From a virus (taxonomy: Duplodnaviria > Caudoviricetes), in the IMG/VR virus record IMGVR_UViG_3300016263_000255, positions 1 to 33,054 of that record: 33,054 nt of DNA, one strand, 5' to 3'. The notes under the pieces are model-generated. The model was given only the letters and a program-made list of their open reading frames with translations. It had not been told where the DNA came from and searched no databases. Position 1 is the stretch's first letter; every line of letters begins with the position of its first letter. This document shows positions 6,439 through 16,807 of this stretch, one piece after another. The position numbers were made by a program, and so were the translations under genes.

Positions 6439-8997
6439 CTATGCCTCTAATTGATTACGCTTTGTGATTACTTTGTTTACATACTTTCTAGTCTCTGCTG
6501 GAACGTATGCTACTTCTAAGATATTTTCCCAAGTTGGTTTCAATCCTTCCTTCTGCGTTCTAGCGATAGCTCGTTGCAGATTGGCTGGACCCCAATTATA
6601 TGCAGCTAATGCCAACTTCTCATCGCCAAACTTATCCATCATCTGATTGATATAGCGTGTACCGCCTTCAATGTTCTGCGCTGGATCTGTTGGATCTACG
6701 CCAAGTGATTTAGCAGTCGCTGGCATTAACTGCATCAAACCAGTAGCACCTTTATTGCTTTTAGCTTGAGGTTTGCCAGCAGATTCAGTCTGAATGATAG
6801 CTTTGATAAGTGGAGGTTGTTCAGCAATTAAAGCACTCACATCTTGCTTTTCAACAGATATTGGAGAAGACGTTTCGCCAAATAAAGCATCAATGTTTGA
6901 AAGCAACTGTTGCTCATCATTTGCTCTAACTGCTGGCGATTGCTCCATTGATAATGCGCCACTTGCTCTAAGAACATCAGCAGCAGAACGCAATCCCTCA
7001 CTTGTTACTGGTGATGTTATTGGAACTCCCTCTTTAGCAATCAACGCTCTAGCTAGTTTTTGTGCTTCTATAGCTTTTGCTGGATTAGTAGCGATGTCGT
7101 ATAGAGCTTGCTTTTGAAGTCGCTGCGAACGAGTAAATGGAGTCTCAAGTTTCTGAGCTATTTGATAGCCAAGTAATTCACCAACGCCACCAGGAAGTAT
7201 AGTGTGTCCAATTAAAGCACCAGCAAGACCTTTTCCTATAGAACTTGCAGCTAATTGTGCTGTTGATTGTGGTACTTTGCCAGCAACAAGTTCTCCTATC
7301 TTTGGAGATAATGTAGCAAGTGGCGCTGTCTGAGAACCACGCAACGGAGTTCCTAATCTTACCAATTCAGCATAACGTCTTTGCTGTTGCTGCATAGCAT
7401 CAAGCGTTTCAAAGTCACCGCCAAATGCTTCTTGTAATGCTCCTTTCTTTTGTCTGATATATGCAGCTCTCGCAGCAGGAGTTTTAGCTTGAATCTCGTT
7501 AATAAAATAAGTTTGAAGTGCAGCAATACCTGCTGGTTCTTCTCCAATCAAATCTTTGTATTGCTTAACTGAAGATTTACTTGCTGATACTTTTGATAGC
7601 AACTGTTCATTGGTAAGGTTTCTATCAAGCAGTATACCGCCTAATGGTCCTTCGTTGCGCAATTTAAGCAATGGTGCAGCAGCTTCATTCGCAGCTTTCC
7701 AATCTTTAGCGCCAGTTGGTGTTTTCTCAATAAGATTCTTTAACTGCTCGCCAACAGTTCCAGCTACAGCGGCTAGTCCTCTATCCCCAACATCTCTAAA
7801 CTCTCGCTCAAATCGCAATGCCTTGGAGCGAAGTGTTTGAAGTTGTCCTACCTTAAACTCTTTTGATTCTCGAATGTCATCAATAAGAGTCTTAAAATCG
7901 CCAGTTATATAACGCTCGCCACCACCATACTTTTCAATAGCTTTGGTTATGTTTGATTTAGCTGGACCCCACTTAGTAATTGTATACTTAGTGTCTATTG
8001 GAGCATAAAGTTCCTCAAGTTTTGTTTGTAGAGCTTCATCAGCTTTGGTAAGAGCTTCTTTTTTCAATGCTCCAAGTTCATAAGCTCCAAGAGTCTCTGG
8101 AGCTTCTATAAGTTTTTGAGTTGGTCGTAGTTGCTCAAGCAAAAACTCTGGACCCTTAACTTCAGCAGCGGCTCGTAACTCACCATACGGAATTTGAAAC
8201 TCAGGTTGTGCAGCAATAGCTTTTTCAATCAATGCACCAGCACCAGTAGGATATAATTCAGCACTGGTTTGTACTTGTATTGGTTCTTTCTTAATCTCTT
8301 TAAGACGCTCTGCGAGGATTGCTTCTGGGTATGCTTTTCGTATTAGTTCTTGTTTGCCAAGTTCTGCTAATGCTGCTTGCTGTGTTTGTGGTCCAAGAGC
8401 TTCACGAATCTTAGTTCCAGCAAGTTCTTTTCCTTTTACAATCGCAGAAGGAGCGACTCTTGCAATGCCCTCACCACCTATTGCCCCACCAGCGCCATAA
8501 CCAGCTTGATATGCTTTTTCTGTTAATGGTGTTTGTTCTCTACCAGAAAGTAAATCAACAAGCGAAGTGAATCCTACATCAGCAAGACCAGCACCAGCAG
8601 CCATGCCAGCAGGACCAAGAGGCATACCAGCAGCACCACCAACTATTTGTGCAGCGCCACGACCTACTGTTTCAAATCCTTTCTCAGCTCTTTGCAATCC
8701 ATAAGCCAATGGAGACAACCCACTTTGCTTTTGCGCAGCTTGTTCTTCTAGTAATGCTAATGAAGGACCAATAGGAGTTGCATATTTACCAATGGTGCTT
8801 GCAAAGTCATATATGTTTGCTGGTAAATCAAGTATGCCTTGCTTTAATCCTCCACCATACGATGACAATAGCTCTCCTAATCCAGCAGAAGGAACTTCTG
8901 TAACAGCAACAGGTTGAGCAACAGGAGTTGGAGCCGCTTTAAGTTGAGATCCTAACTCTTGGTCTGCTTGCGCTAAGAGTTCATCAAGAGTTGCCAT
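6439..8997 (-). CDS. Internal virion (ejection) protein with C-terminal lytic transglycosylase (SLT) domain
   Basis: AIIQTESAG...GATGLMQLMPATA...NIEGGTRY...ALAAYNWGP...ETRKYV motifs. Confidence 0.88.
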   Translation of the reverse strand: MATLDELLAQADQELGSQLKAAPTPVAQPVAVTEVPSAGLGELLSSYGGGLKQGILDLPANIYDFASTIGKYATPIGPSLALLEEQAAQKQSGLSPLAYGLQRAEKGFETVGRGAAQIVGGAAGMPLGPAGMAAGAGLADVGFTSLVDLLSGREQTPLTEKAYQAGYGAGGAIGGEGIARVAPSAIVKGKELAGTKIREALGPQTQQAALAELGKQELIRKAYPEAILAERLKEIKKEPIQVQTSAELYPTGAGALIEKAIAAQPEFQIPYGELRAAAEVKGPEFLLEQLRPTQKLIEAPETLGAYELGALKKEALTKADEALQTKLEELYAPIDTKYTITKWGPAKSNITKAIEKYGGGERYITGDFKTLIDDIRESKEFKVGQLQTLRSKALRFEREFRDVGDRGLAAVAGTVGEQLKNLIEKTPTGAKDWKAANEAAAPLLKLRNEGPLGGILLDRNLTNEQLLSKVSASKSSVKQYKDLIGEEPAGIAALQTYFINEIQAKTPAARAAYIRQKKGALQEAFGGDFETLDAMQQQQRRYAELVRLGTPLRGSQTAPLATLSPKIGELVAGKVPQSTAQLAASSIGKGLAGALIGHTILPGGVGELLGYQIAQKLETPFTRSQRLQKQALYDIATNPAKAIEAQKLARALIAKEGVPITSPVTSEGLRSAADVLRASGALSMEQSPAVRANDEQQLLSNIDALFGETSSPISVEKQDVSALIAEQPPLIKAIIQTESAGKPQAKSNKGATGLMQLMPATAKSLGVDPTDPAQNIEGGTRYINQMMDKFGDEKLALAAYNWGPANLQRAIARTQKEGLKPTWENILEVAYVPAETRKYVNKVITKRNQLEA

Positions 8998-10196
8998 TAG
9001 AGCTGTCCTTTTAATCTTTCATACTCTGATTTAAGTGCAGCTTTAGTAGCAGGTGACATACCAACTCCACCACCAGCAGTAAGTTGCTTATCTTGAAGAA
9101 GTCTTTGTTCTATAGCTTTCAATCCTTCAATCGCTTGAGCTTTGGGAACATGGAGATTTAATGGCGCAACATCCTTAATATCGTTAGTCCATCCTTGCTT
9201 TTTAACAAAGTCAAAGTTGGTTTGGACTTTTTCGTTGTACGATCTACCTAAATTATTAACGACAGTTTCAACCGCATCAACTAACTCTGCTCTAGCGGTA
9301 GGAGTCAAATCACTTGCACCAGTAGCTTTTGATTCAATCCAAGTTCTATAACGATCTAGGATTGGCATTACAGATTCGTATGCTCTTAACTCTTGCATGG
9401 TAACTTGATTGCCTGGATTAAATCCTCGTTCTGCAATCTTCTTTAATGCTATGGTGGCTGTCACCGAATCCTTTTGTGCGAGTTCACGAGCTGAACGCAA
9501 AGCTGCCTTGCCTTCAGCATACGCTTTAGTAATTGGATCATCTTCTAAAGTGCGGCGAGTTGATTGAACTTCTTTAGCTCTTTCAAATTGACGCTGTGGT
9601 TTTTTAATTTCTTCAGCAGCAGTTTCCTTTGCTTTATAAACATTGATTTCTCGCTGTTCTTTAGGAGTTAAAGGAATCTCGCCAGCAGTAGTTGTTGGAG
9701 TAGCTAATGGCTGCAAACTCTCAAATCCAGTAGGAAGTTGACCAGTTTGCTTCACATACTCTAGTGCTATATCTTGTTCTAGTTTTTTTCGTGCTGCTGC
9801 TTGTTCAGCTTTAGCTGCAAGTTCGCTCTGTAACAAAATAGGACTAATATCAGTCAACCTACTCATTACGTTGGTTGGCGTGTCTTGCTGTTGTAATGCT
9901 TTTAGGAATGTTGCTCGCTCTGCTGCTGGTTTAGCAATCAACTGTGTAGCCAAGTCTGAGGCTTGAATTGATTCTTCTGTGGCTTGCTTTTTAGCCTGAT
10001 AACCAAGCAATCCAGAAAGCAATGCTTGACCCAATGCAATACCAAAGTTAGCTCCTGGCTTACCATAAGGATTATATAGCGATGGAGCTGCTTGAGTTAA
10101 TCCAAGTAGTGCTATGCCATAAGGATTTTCAGCGCCAGTGATACGCAATCCGCTAAGAGCATTACCAAGAGTAGTAGGTGTTGTTGCATCTGCCAT
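8997..10196 (-). CDS. Putative internal virion/ejection protein
   Basis: Helical Ala/Gln-rich protein in the ejection-protein cluster; AGGA RBS before ATG 10196. Confidence 0.65.
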   Translation of the reverse strand: MADATTPTTLGNALSGLRITGAENPYGIALLGLTQAAPSLYNPYGKPGANFGIALGQALLSGLLGYQAKKQATEESIQASDLATQLIAKPAAERATFLKALQQQDTPTNVMSRLTDISPILLQSELAAKAEQAAARKKLEQDIALEYVKQTGQLPTGFESLQPLATPTTTAGEIPLTPKEQREINVYKAKETAAEEIKKPQRQFERAKEVQSTRRTLEDDPITKAYAEGKAALRSARELAQKDSVTATIALKKIAERGFNPGNQVTMQELRAYESVMPILDRYRTWIESKATGASDLTPTARAELVDAVETVVNNLGRSYNEKVQTNFDFVKKQGWTNDIKDVAPLNLHVPKAQAIEGLKAIEQRLLQDKQLTAGGGVGMSPATKAALKSEYERLKGQL

Positions 10197-10204
10197 TGTG
10201 AATC

Positions 10205-11170
10205 CTATTTCAAAAAAGCATTGGCAGCACCAAGACCAACGCCAGTTCCAATTCCTTGAGCTGCGCTGCTCCAAGGATTGGGTCGTGGTTGTTGTCCATA
10301 TTGTCCCATATTTTGCATTGCAGCTACATCCAATGCTGTTTGTCTATTTAATTGCGCTACACCAAGAGCAGATCCTCCGCTTGATTTAGCTATACGCTCT
10401 TGAGCTTGACGATTTAACTCAGCTTGTTTTGCTTCTTGTTGAGCAGCATAACTAAGCTTCCAAGGCTCAGATCCCATTTGGAAAAGTTGGAATGGTAATG
10501 TGCGGCTAGCTATATTCTGTGTAAATCCTTGCTGCTGATAATCAGCTCCTTGTGTAAATGCTTGGCTCATTGCGTTTTGCCTAGCATTATTTTGAGCATC
10601 ATTAAGCATCTTCATTTGAGCTTGATACGCACCACTGTTAGGATCTATTCCTTGCTCTGCCATGCGCTGACGAAGTTCCATCTGTTGGCGCTCAAACTCT
10701 GGTCCCATTGTGCGCTCAAACTGACCCATTACGTTTTGACGAGCTGACTCAAGTTGGCTTGAGAAATCTGGCATACCTTGTGCAAGGCGTTGCTGTTCTT
10801 GTCGCCATGCCTCATTTTGATATGCGAGAGCATCAGAGCCAACTTCCTGAACTTGTCCTTCAAATGGCAATCCTCTAAATGCTGATTCAGGTGTTCCAGG
10901 CGTAGCACCAGGCGTTCCACGCTGTTGATACTTGTTGATAGCTGTTGTTATACGATTGTCATTGTATCCAAGTTGCTTACCAGTTTTTTTAACAGTAGCA
11001 ATTGCCGCATTATATTCAGGAGATCCAACCGTTAGGTTTCCAAGATTGCGAACTGTAGAAAGATATAGTTCTCTAGCTTGAGTCTTAGCCGCAGTTGGAT
11101 CAACCTTTGGCTTGCTAGGAGTCTTAGTTAATGCGCCACCTGCTGGTTTAGTAGTCTTTTTAGCTGCCAT
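10205..11170 (-). CDS. Putative DNA ejection (pilot-like) protein
   Basis: Gln-rich, with LRQRMAEQGIDPNSGAY motif and a Gly-rich hydrophobic C-terminus; follows the tail hub gene. Confidence 0.65.
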   Translation of the reverse strand: MAAKKTTKPAGGALTKTPSKPKVDPTAAKTQARELYLSTVRNLGNLTVGSPEYNAAIATVKKTGKQLGYNDNRITTAINKYQQRGTPGATPGTPESAFRGLPFEGQVQEVGSDALAYQNEAWRQEQQRLAQGMPDFSSQLESARQNVMGQFERTMGPEFERQQMELRQRMAEQGIDPNSGAYQAQMKMLNDAQNNARQNAMSQAFTQGADYQQQGFTQNIASRTLPFQLFQMGSEPWKLSYAAQQEAKQAELNRQAQERIAKSSGGSALGVAQLNRQTALDVAAMQNMGQYGQQPRPNPWSSAAQGIGTGVGLGAANAFLK

Positions 11171-11171
11171 A

Positions 11172-12776
11172 TTATACCTGCCCACCTAAATCATAACGTA
11201 CTTCAAAGCCAATAAATTGGCATGGTGAATTTTTAATGCTTCCACCAAATCGAATAGCCGCACAATGTCCTTGTCCTGCTGCTGCAAAACGGTCAAAAAT
11301 ATAATCAACATCAGCCGACCAAGGAGTATAAACAGTGGCTAATGGCAATCCCGTATATGGATTAATAGTGCCAGCGCCAACACCCCAAACAGTTCCCCAA
11401 GCTGTAAATAGACTAATAGGTGTAGTAACTGAAGTGACAACCGCTTGCCGTTTAAAGTCCGTGTCCAAGCCAAGGTTAAGCGTTAATCCTCGCTTTGCCT
11501 TCATTAGCGGTCGTATATCTTTGAAGGCTTTATAGTTACCTCTGCTGCCATAAAACGAAAACGCACATCGAGCTTGAAACGCTATAGACTCGCCAGAACC
11601 AGTGCCAACTACAGCGTCAGCATATCCAGTTTCGCCTTGATAAATCTTGCCAGTATTTGAACCGTAGAATGGCAAATCATTATACTTGCATGAAGCTATG
11701 CTGTGCTCTGCTGAATACAGTGAGAACTGCGTCCATGCTTTGCTATCAATACTATAAACAAGCAATGTAGTGGTAGAAGTTGAGTCTGGTAGAGTAATGT
11801 AAACTCTACGTCCTGCTGGATAGAAGAACCCATTCCACATCTCGCTTAGAGCAACTTGAGTTGCATACTGTGTGATTAGCGGATTTATTTTATAGCTAAC
11901 TATGTTCAGTGCTTGCTCTGGATCTGTTTGAAATAAAGCAGACACAGGAACGATACCTTGTTGTGTAATTATCCAAACATCTTGATTAATGCGAACAAAT
12001 GCTTTTGGACCAAGTGGCTTACCGATAATGAAATGAGCTACAAGCGACCAATTAGGGTCGTCTGGCGAGTATCCAGAATAAAGAACGATTTCACCTTGGC
12101 TTGATACAGCCATGAATAAATCTTGCGATGTTTGAGCTGTCTGATTTGTATAGCTACCAGTAAAAAGAAGATAACCGCCACGCCTAAATATACCGCTAAA
12201 ATCATAAGATTTAAGGGTAGGACTGCCAGACGTAAAGGTTGTGTTTTCAGTGGTGTGATACCACATCAACATTGAGTTTTTCTCAATGAAGTATAATCGC
12301 AAACGATAAGAAGATACGTTGCAAAGTTTTGCTAATCCACCAGAAGGACCACCGCCAGCACTTATATCTGCGGCTATTCCTGTTCCTGTATAAACTTGCG
12401 GAACATCTAAACCACTGTTGTTAGCAACATAAAAGTTGTTACGGAACATTTCTTTGTTCCACGCACCAGAATTATAGCCGCCAACTTTGCTGATATTGGT
12501 TACAGTGCCAGTGCTATTGATTGAATATAGTTTTGAACTTTGTGCAGCGATTAGTTGAGCTGTTCCATCCTGTAATGGATACTCATGCATAAACTGAACA
12601 GGTGATGCAGTACCTAAATCAGCAAACTGCAAATATCCAAGGCGTACTGTTGGAGCGCCAGCTCCAGGAAAGATATTAACAAGTTCCAATGCGCTTGTTG
12701 GCTCCATGTTATCAATAGGAGTTACCAAGTCCAACCCAGAGGATGGAGGTGGCATTGTGTAACCTTGAAACGGCAT
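11172..12776 (-). CDS. Tail hub / packaged DNA stabilization protein (P22 gp10 or T7 gp12-like)
   Basis: 534 aa, beta-rich (propeller-like); N-terminus PPPSSGL...ALELVNIFP...VRLGY; position after the adaptor. Confidence 0.75.
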   Translation of the reverse strand: MPFQGYTMPPPSSGLDLVTPIDNMEPTSALELVNIFPGAGAPTVRLGYLQFADLGTASPVQFMHEYPLQDGTAQLIAAQSSKLYSINSTGTVTNISKVGGYNSGAWNKEMFRNNFYVANNSGLDVPQVYTGTGIAADISAGGGPSGGLAKLCNVSSYRLRLYFIEKNSMLMWYHTTENTTFTSGSPTLKSYDFSGIFRRGGYLLFTGSYTNQTAQTSQDLFMAVSSQGEIVLYSGYSPDDPNWSLVAHFIIGKPLGPKAFVRINQDVWIITQQGIVPVSALFQTDPEQALNIVSYKINPLITQYATQVALSEMWNGFFYPAGRRVYITLPDSTSTTTLLVYSIDSKAWTQFSLYSAEHSIASCKYNDLPFYGSNTGKIYQGETGYADAVVGTGSGESIAFQARCAFSFYGSRGNYKAFKDIRPLMKAKRGLTLNLGLDTDFKRQAVVTSVTTPISLFTAWGTVWGVGAGTINPYTGLPLATVYTPWSADVDYIFDRFAAAGQGHCAAIRFGGSIKNSPCQFIGFEVRYDLGGQV

Positions 12777-13354
12777 TAGTAAATGTTTCCTTTATACATT
12801 GGGTTTTGTGGAGCCATTATTCCTTGTGGTTGTGGCTGTTGTTGAGTTTCTTGTGATGCAGTTTGTTGCATACCTTGTTGTGGCACAAAATTTTGCCCAC
12901 CTACACCATACCCAAATCCACCTTGCATAGACTTCCAGTAGTTTTGTCCAGGATAAGACAATATTGGATCAGGATAAGACAATACTGGTTGATTATACAT
13001 TCCAGTAAGCTCATTAAAATTAGGAGTACCACCAGTGTAGTACATAGCTTGTCCATCCTGTGGCAGTGGTGCTGGTGGTCGGAATGTTGGTTGTTGTGGC
13101 TGTTGTCCAGGCATAGCTTGGAATGGAGGTTGTGGTCGTTGCTGTGGCTGTGGTCGCTGTTGTGGTCGTTGACCAGGCAAAGCACCACCAGATGAACTAA
13201 CAAGTTGTCCTTGCTGATTGCGATATACGCCAGGAGATAGGCGTTGCAATCCTGCTGTTGGCGCTGGTGGCTTACCTACTGGTAATGAGGTTACTCGTCC
13301 ACCTCGTGGTGCTGATGCTAATGCTCCTTTAAGTGCCGATCCTTTTGCTGCCAT
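12776..13354 (-). CDS. Pro/Gln-rich low-complexity protein, probably virion-associated
   Basis: TAAGGA RBS before ATG 13354; QRPQ micro-repeats. Confidence 0.6.
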   Translation of the reverse strand: MAAKGSALKGALASAPRGGRVTSLPVGKPPAPTAGLQRLSPGVYRNQQGQLVSSSGGALPGQRPQQRPQPQQRPQPPFQAMPGQQPQQPTFRPPAPLPQDGQAMYYTGGTPNFNELTGMYNQPVLSYPDPILSYPGQNYWKSMQGGFGYGVGGQNFVPQQGMQQTASQETQQQPQPQGIMAPQNPMYKGNIY

Positions 13355-13361
13355 ATAGTCC

Positions 13362-14834
13362 TTATTTCTTATTTGCAATTCGTCTTAAAACATCACCAAT
13401 GGATTCCTTACCAGGCTTAGCTTGTGGTGGTATAGGTGTCGTTGGTGTTCCTTGTGGTAATGGCGCTGGCGGTCTAGTTGATATGCCAGGCGTTTGCTGT
13501 GGTTGCTTTGGCGCATTAGCAGTAAGTAATTGAGCGCCACCCATATAATAGTCATATTGGCTCTTGTTGATTCTGTTATCAGCAATAGCCTCATCCAATT
13601 TAGTTTTGATTTGATCGTAAGTTATTCCTTGCTGTTGAGCAAAGTGCTGTGCGTTTTGAATCGCAACTAATGGATTATTATTAGCATTGCTTACAGCTCC
13701 TTTAGCGTACCAAGCTGATATGTCAGATGCTTTTTGACCTACAAATCCATACGCTGTGGCAAGAGCATCAGTAAGCGGAACAGCAGCGTTCCAAGAGTTA
13801 GGATTATCAGCGGCAACTTTATCAATCTCTTTCCACTTTAAAGTTTTACCATCTTTGCCAAAATCATATTTGCTACCATCTGCAAGAGTACCTTGATACT
13901 TATCATCAAGGATGCCACCTTCTTGAAGCACTCCACGAATATTATCTCGCATGAATTGTGCTTTGCCTTTTTTGCTGCCAGTCCAAGAGCCAGCAGCACC
14001 AGCAAGACCACCAACCACAGCTCCAATTCCAGCTCCAATAGCTGTTCCTAATCCTGGAACAACAGAACCAACAGTTCCACCAATCATAGCGCCAGAAGCA
14101 GCGCCACCAATTGCTCCTTGCTTAGTTCTTTGAGAACCAGCAGCGGTATCACCAAGCATCTTTGCTGTCTGATAACCTTGATATGCACCAGCAGCCGCAC
14201 CAAGATATGGCATAGCTGCACCAGCCATTTCACTACCAGCAAGACTAGCAGCACCAGTAGCGGCAGTTGCGCCACTAATTCCAGCGCCAACTTTATCTCC
14301 TGATTTATATGATTTGTATGCTTGATAAGCAGAAAGGAGAGTCATGGCACCAGTGCCAATTTGGTCCCAATTTACTGAACCAAGAAACTCTTTATCATTA
14401 GCGATTGTTTCTGGCACAGTTTGTTTTCCAGCAGGAGTATCAATTGTAACAGTTTTAGCTGATACCGCTGTTGGGGTTGCTGGTGCAGTTGTACCAACAG
14501 TTGCTCCAGTTGAAGGTATAGTTCTTCTAATTGCTCCAACTACTTCTGGCGTTGCTGGCTTTCCACTTAACTTATCAATCCAAGTGCCAGCATTGTTCAT
14601 CACATAGCGAGTACCAATAAGACCAGCAATCATGCCGCCAGTTTGTGCTAGTGCAGCACCTTGTTCTGCTGATGCTTGGCTTTCAGCTTGCTGTTGTGGA
14701 GTCTTTGGCGGTCCAAAGTTAGCTTGTACAGCCTGATAAGCATCATACGGACGCATACCTTGAGACACTAAGGTATTGTAGTAATCCTGTGGTCCCATTC
14801 CTCTAGCTGGCGGTGGTGTTCCTTGCATCGGCAT
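13362..14834 (-). CDS. Putative ejection protein with glycine-zipper membrane segment
   Basis: GAIGGAASGAMIGGTVGSVVPGLGTAIGAGIGAVVGGLAG segment; located in the tail module. Confidence 0.65.
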   Translation of the reverse strand: MPMQGTPPPARGMGPQDYYNTLVSQGMRPYDAYQAVQANFGPPKTPQQQAESQASAEQGAALAQTGGMIAGLIGTRYVMNNAGTWIDKLSGKPATPEVVGAIRRTIPSTGATVGTTAPATPTAVSAKTVTIDTPAGKQTVPETIANDKEFLGSVNWDQIGTGAMTLLSAYQAYKSYKSGDKVGAGISGATAATGAASLAGSEMAGAAMPYLGAAAGAYQGYQTAKMLGDTAAGSQRTKQGAIGGAASGAMIGGTVGSVVPGLGTAIGAGIGAVVGGLAGAAGSWTGSKKGKAQFMRDNIRGVLQEGGILDDKYQGTLADGSKYDFGKDGKTLKWKEIDKVAADNPNSWNAAVPLTDALATAYGFVGQKASDISAWYAKGAVSNANNNPLVAIQNAQHFAQQQGITYDQIKTKLDEAIADNRINKSQYDYYMGGAQLLTANAPKQPQQTPGISTRPPAPLPQGTPTTPIPPQAKPGKESIGDVLRRIANKK

Positions 14835-14836
14835 AA

Positions 14837-15700
14837 CTATGTCCACGTTCCAAATACTGCGGTGCCAGCACGAGCAAACAGTTCTGCTCTAGTATGACCA
14901 CCAGCATAAATAATCTTGCTAACTTGTTGTCGTGAGTAGTCCTCGTTCATCTGAACAAGGTATCGAGGTTGCACTGTACTAAGTCCATGAATCTCAGCAA
15001 ATCGCTCAAGCATACCCTGCTCAAGTGTCTTTTGATTAAACACAGTCTCGTCTGTATCAGCAAGAAAATCGCTATACGCTCCACTGTAATATGTCCAAGT
15101 AACTCCACCATCAGAAACAGAACCGCTTGTATGTGTTGGAGGAGTAGCACCAGAAGTACCGCCAGCAGTAGTCTGGTAATAGTTGCCGTTATAAAATGTA
15201 TACGCATTGGAAGCATATACAGTTGAAGCTGCCCATGTTGCAGGACGTACACAACGGTCTGCAATATATTCAAAGATAATTACATTACCGTTCTGTGATG
15301 CTGTAGGAGTTGGCGATATAAGCAACTCGTTGTTGCTCAATCCACGAATCTGAAAGCGTTGGTATACAGTAGTGTTAAGACCATATCCACGAATCTCAGC
15401 ATACTCTTGTGGAGACATTGGACCAAGGATGCGCCAGCGTGTTGAACTATTCCAGAAGGTTTCATAGTGATACCACGAGAAGGCAGAGGGCAACGGATAA
15501 CTAGCTTGCCCTGCTACCAACGTGATTGAGCCGGAAGCGTACATTTTGGGCCAGGGAAACGCATCTGCAATCTCTCTGTTTATACGCTGTGCAATAACGC
15601 GCAGTTGCTTTGTAGTTGTTTCAGTCGAATTAGTTACACCGCTTTCAACAGTGTACCCAGCTTCGTTTGCTACGTTTTGAACTGCGGTTACTAAGCTCAT
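14837..15700 (-). CDS. Head-to-tail adaptor (tail tubular A-like) with an inserted carbohydrate-binding-like module
   Basis: ITLVAGQASYPLPSAF and LLISPTP adaptor motifs; insert TWAASTVY...NGNYYQTTAGGTSGATPPTHTSGSVSDGGVTWTY. Confidence 0.7.
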   Translation of the reverse strand: MSLVTAVQNVANEAGYTVESGVTNSTETTTKQLRVIAQRINREIADAFPWPKMYASGSITLVAGQASYPLPSAFSWYHYETFWNSSTRWRILGPMSPQEYAEIRGYGLNTTVYQRFQIRGLSNNELLISPTPTASQNGNVIIFEYIADRCVRPATWAASTVYASNAYTFYNGNYYQTTAGGTSGATPPTHTSGSVSDGGVTWTYYSGAYSDFLADTDETVFNQKTLEQGMLERFAEIHGLSTVQPRYLVQMNEDYSRQQVSKIIYAGGHTRAELFARAGTAVFGTWT

Positions 15701-16398
15701 ACTTTTCTTGGTCGTCCTCTACGCTTTGGAGCTTCAGAAACTACTTCTTCCTCAAACTCATCTTGGCTACCTTCTTCAACCGACTCATCAACCTCGATAG
15801 AACGGATCACCTCCTTTCGACGTGAACGAAGGTCAGTGCCCTCGTTACCTTCTACTCGTTGCAGTAACAACTCTACCTGTTCTTCTAATTTAGCTGTTCT
15901 CTTTTGCTCACGCTCAAGCTGCTGTTTAAGAGCAACTACGTTGAACTGAGTCGAATTAGCTGCTTCCAGCCAATCCTTAGCCATTTTGATAAATCGTCCA
16001 GTTGGTCCAAGACGTCGCTTAATCTCATCGTTAGCTTCTGCAAGCTGTTCAACAGTCTTGAATCCAAGATGTTGTAACTCACGAAGCGTAGAACCGTTCA
16101 TCAATGTCCACTCAGCAAGTGGCGTTCCGCTTACTACAACCTCGCTACCAGCCTTAAATGCGGCATATAATTCTGGGTAATCAGCTACGTCTTGTGGCTC
16201 AATCTTACGGACAGTTTCATCACCGCCTGGGTATTGAATAGAGATAGAAGGAATCTCATCAAAGATTGCTCGTCCAGCGGCAAGTGACTTTTCCTTGTTC
16301 TCATTGTACGCATTAAAGAAACGAACATTAGCGCCATGGAATCGCTTCCGAGGCTGCATTTGTCCGTTCATTAAATTGTTCCAGTCTATTTGTGCCAT
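15697..16398 (-). CDS. Conserved head-region protein with an HhH-like motif and a C-terminal AT-hook-like tail
   Basis: LRELQHLGFKTVEQLA motif, coiled coil, C-terminal KRRGRPRK; AGGAGA RBS. Confidence 0.65.
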   Translation of the reverse strand: MAQIDWNNLMNGQMQPRKRFHGANVRFFNAYNENKEKSLAAGRAIFDEIPSISIQYPGGDETVRKIEPQDVADYPELYAAFKAGSEVVVSGTPLAEWTLMNGSTLRELQHLGFKTVEQLAEANDEIKRRLGPTGRFIKMAKDWLEAANSTQFNVVALKQQLEREQKRTAKLEEQVELLLQRVEGNEGTDLRSRRKEVIRSIEVDESVEEGSQDEFEEEVVSEAPKRRGRPRKV

Positions 16399-16406
16399 AG
16401 TTCTCC

Positions 16407-16439
16407 TAAGTTAAATACGCACTATGCGTACATAACTTA
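16407..16439 (-). promoter_or_regulatory. Intergenic hairpin abutting the RBS of the 233-aa gene
   Basis: TAAGTTA-AA-TACGCA-CTA-TGCGTA-CA-TAACTTA. Confidence 0.4.
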
Positions 16440-16444
16440 TAGCA

Positions 16445-16762
16445 CTAACCTTCTATAACGACGACCGTATTGATACTGGCACCGCTTGTCTGGTACGCCG
16501 TTATAACGCCAGATGGAAGTGACATGTCTTTCAATACAAGCGTATTTGCACCAGCCGTAGATGGAAGCACATAGCACTTATTAGTGCTGGTTGGAGCAAT
16601 ACCTGTAAGCGTTTCGCCATTCAATCCAATAGCTACGTTAGCTGCTGAATTATTTTGAATAATCAATAGCTTACGATTTGGATTAGCTGCGAGAATAGTT
16701 GTGCTAGTAGCTGTGGCGATTGTCGGAGTAGTAGTAACAAGAGCGCCAGAATAAATAGTCAT
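16445..16762 (-). CDS. Small beta-rich virion protein
   Basis: ILAANPNRKLLIIQNNSAANVAIG motif; Thr-rich; in the head module. Confidence 0.65.
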   Translation of the reverse strand: MTIYSGALVTTTPTIATATSTTILAANPNRKLLIIQNNSAANVAIGLNGETLTGIAPTSTNKCYVLPSTAGANTLVLKDMSLPSGVITAYQTSGASINTVVVIEG

Positions 16763-16779
16763 ATCTCACCAATAAAATT

Positions 16780-16803
16780 TGGGGCTCTATACAAGCAGCC
16801 CCA
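16780..16803 (-). terminator. Hairpin with loop GCTTGTATAG (copy 2)
   Basis: Minus strand TGGGGCT-GCTTGTATAG-AGCCCCA followed by AATTTTATT. Confidence 0.55.
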
Positions 16804-16807
16804 TTAA

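Noticed and set aside
13131-13170. TGTGGTCG micro-repeats as a regulatory element
   Set aside because: Fully explained by coding for QRPQ low-complexity repeats.
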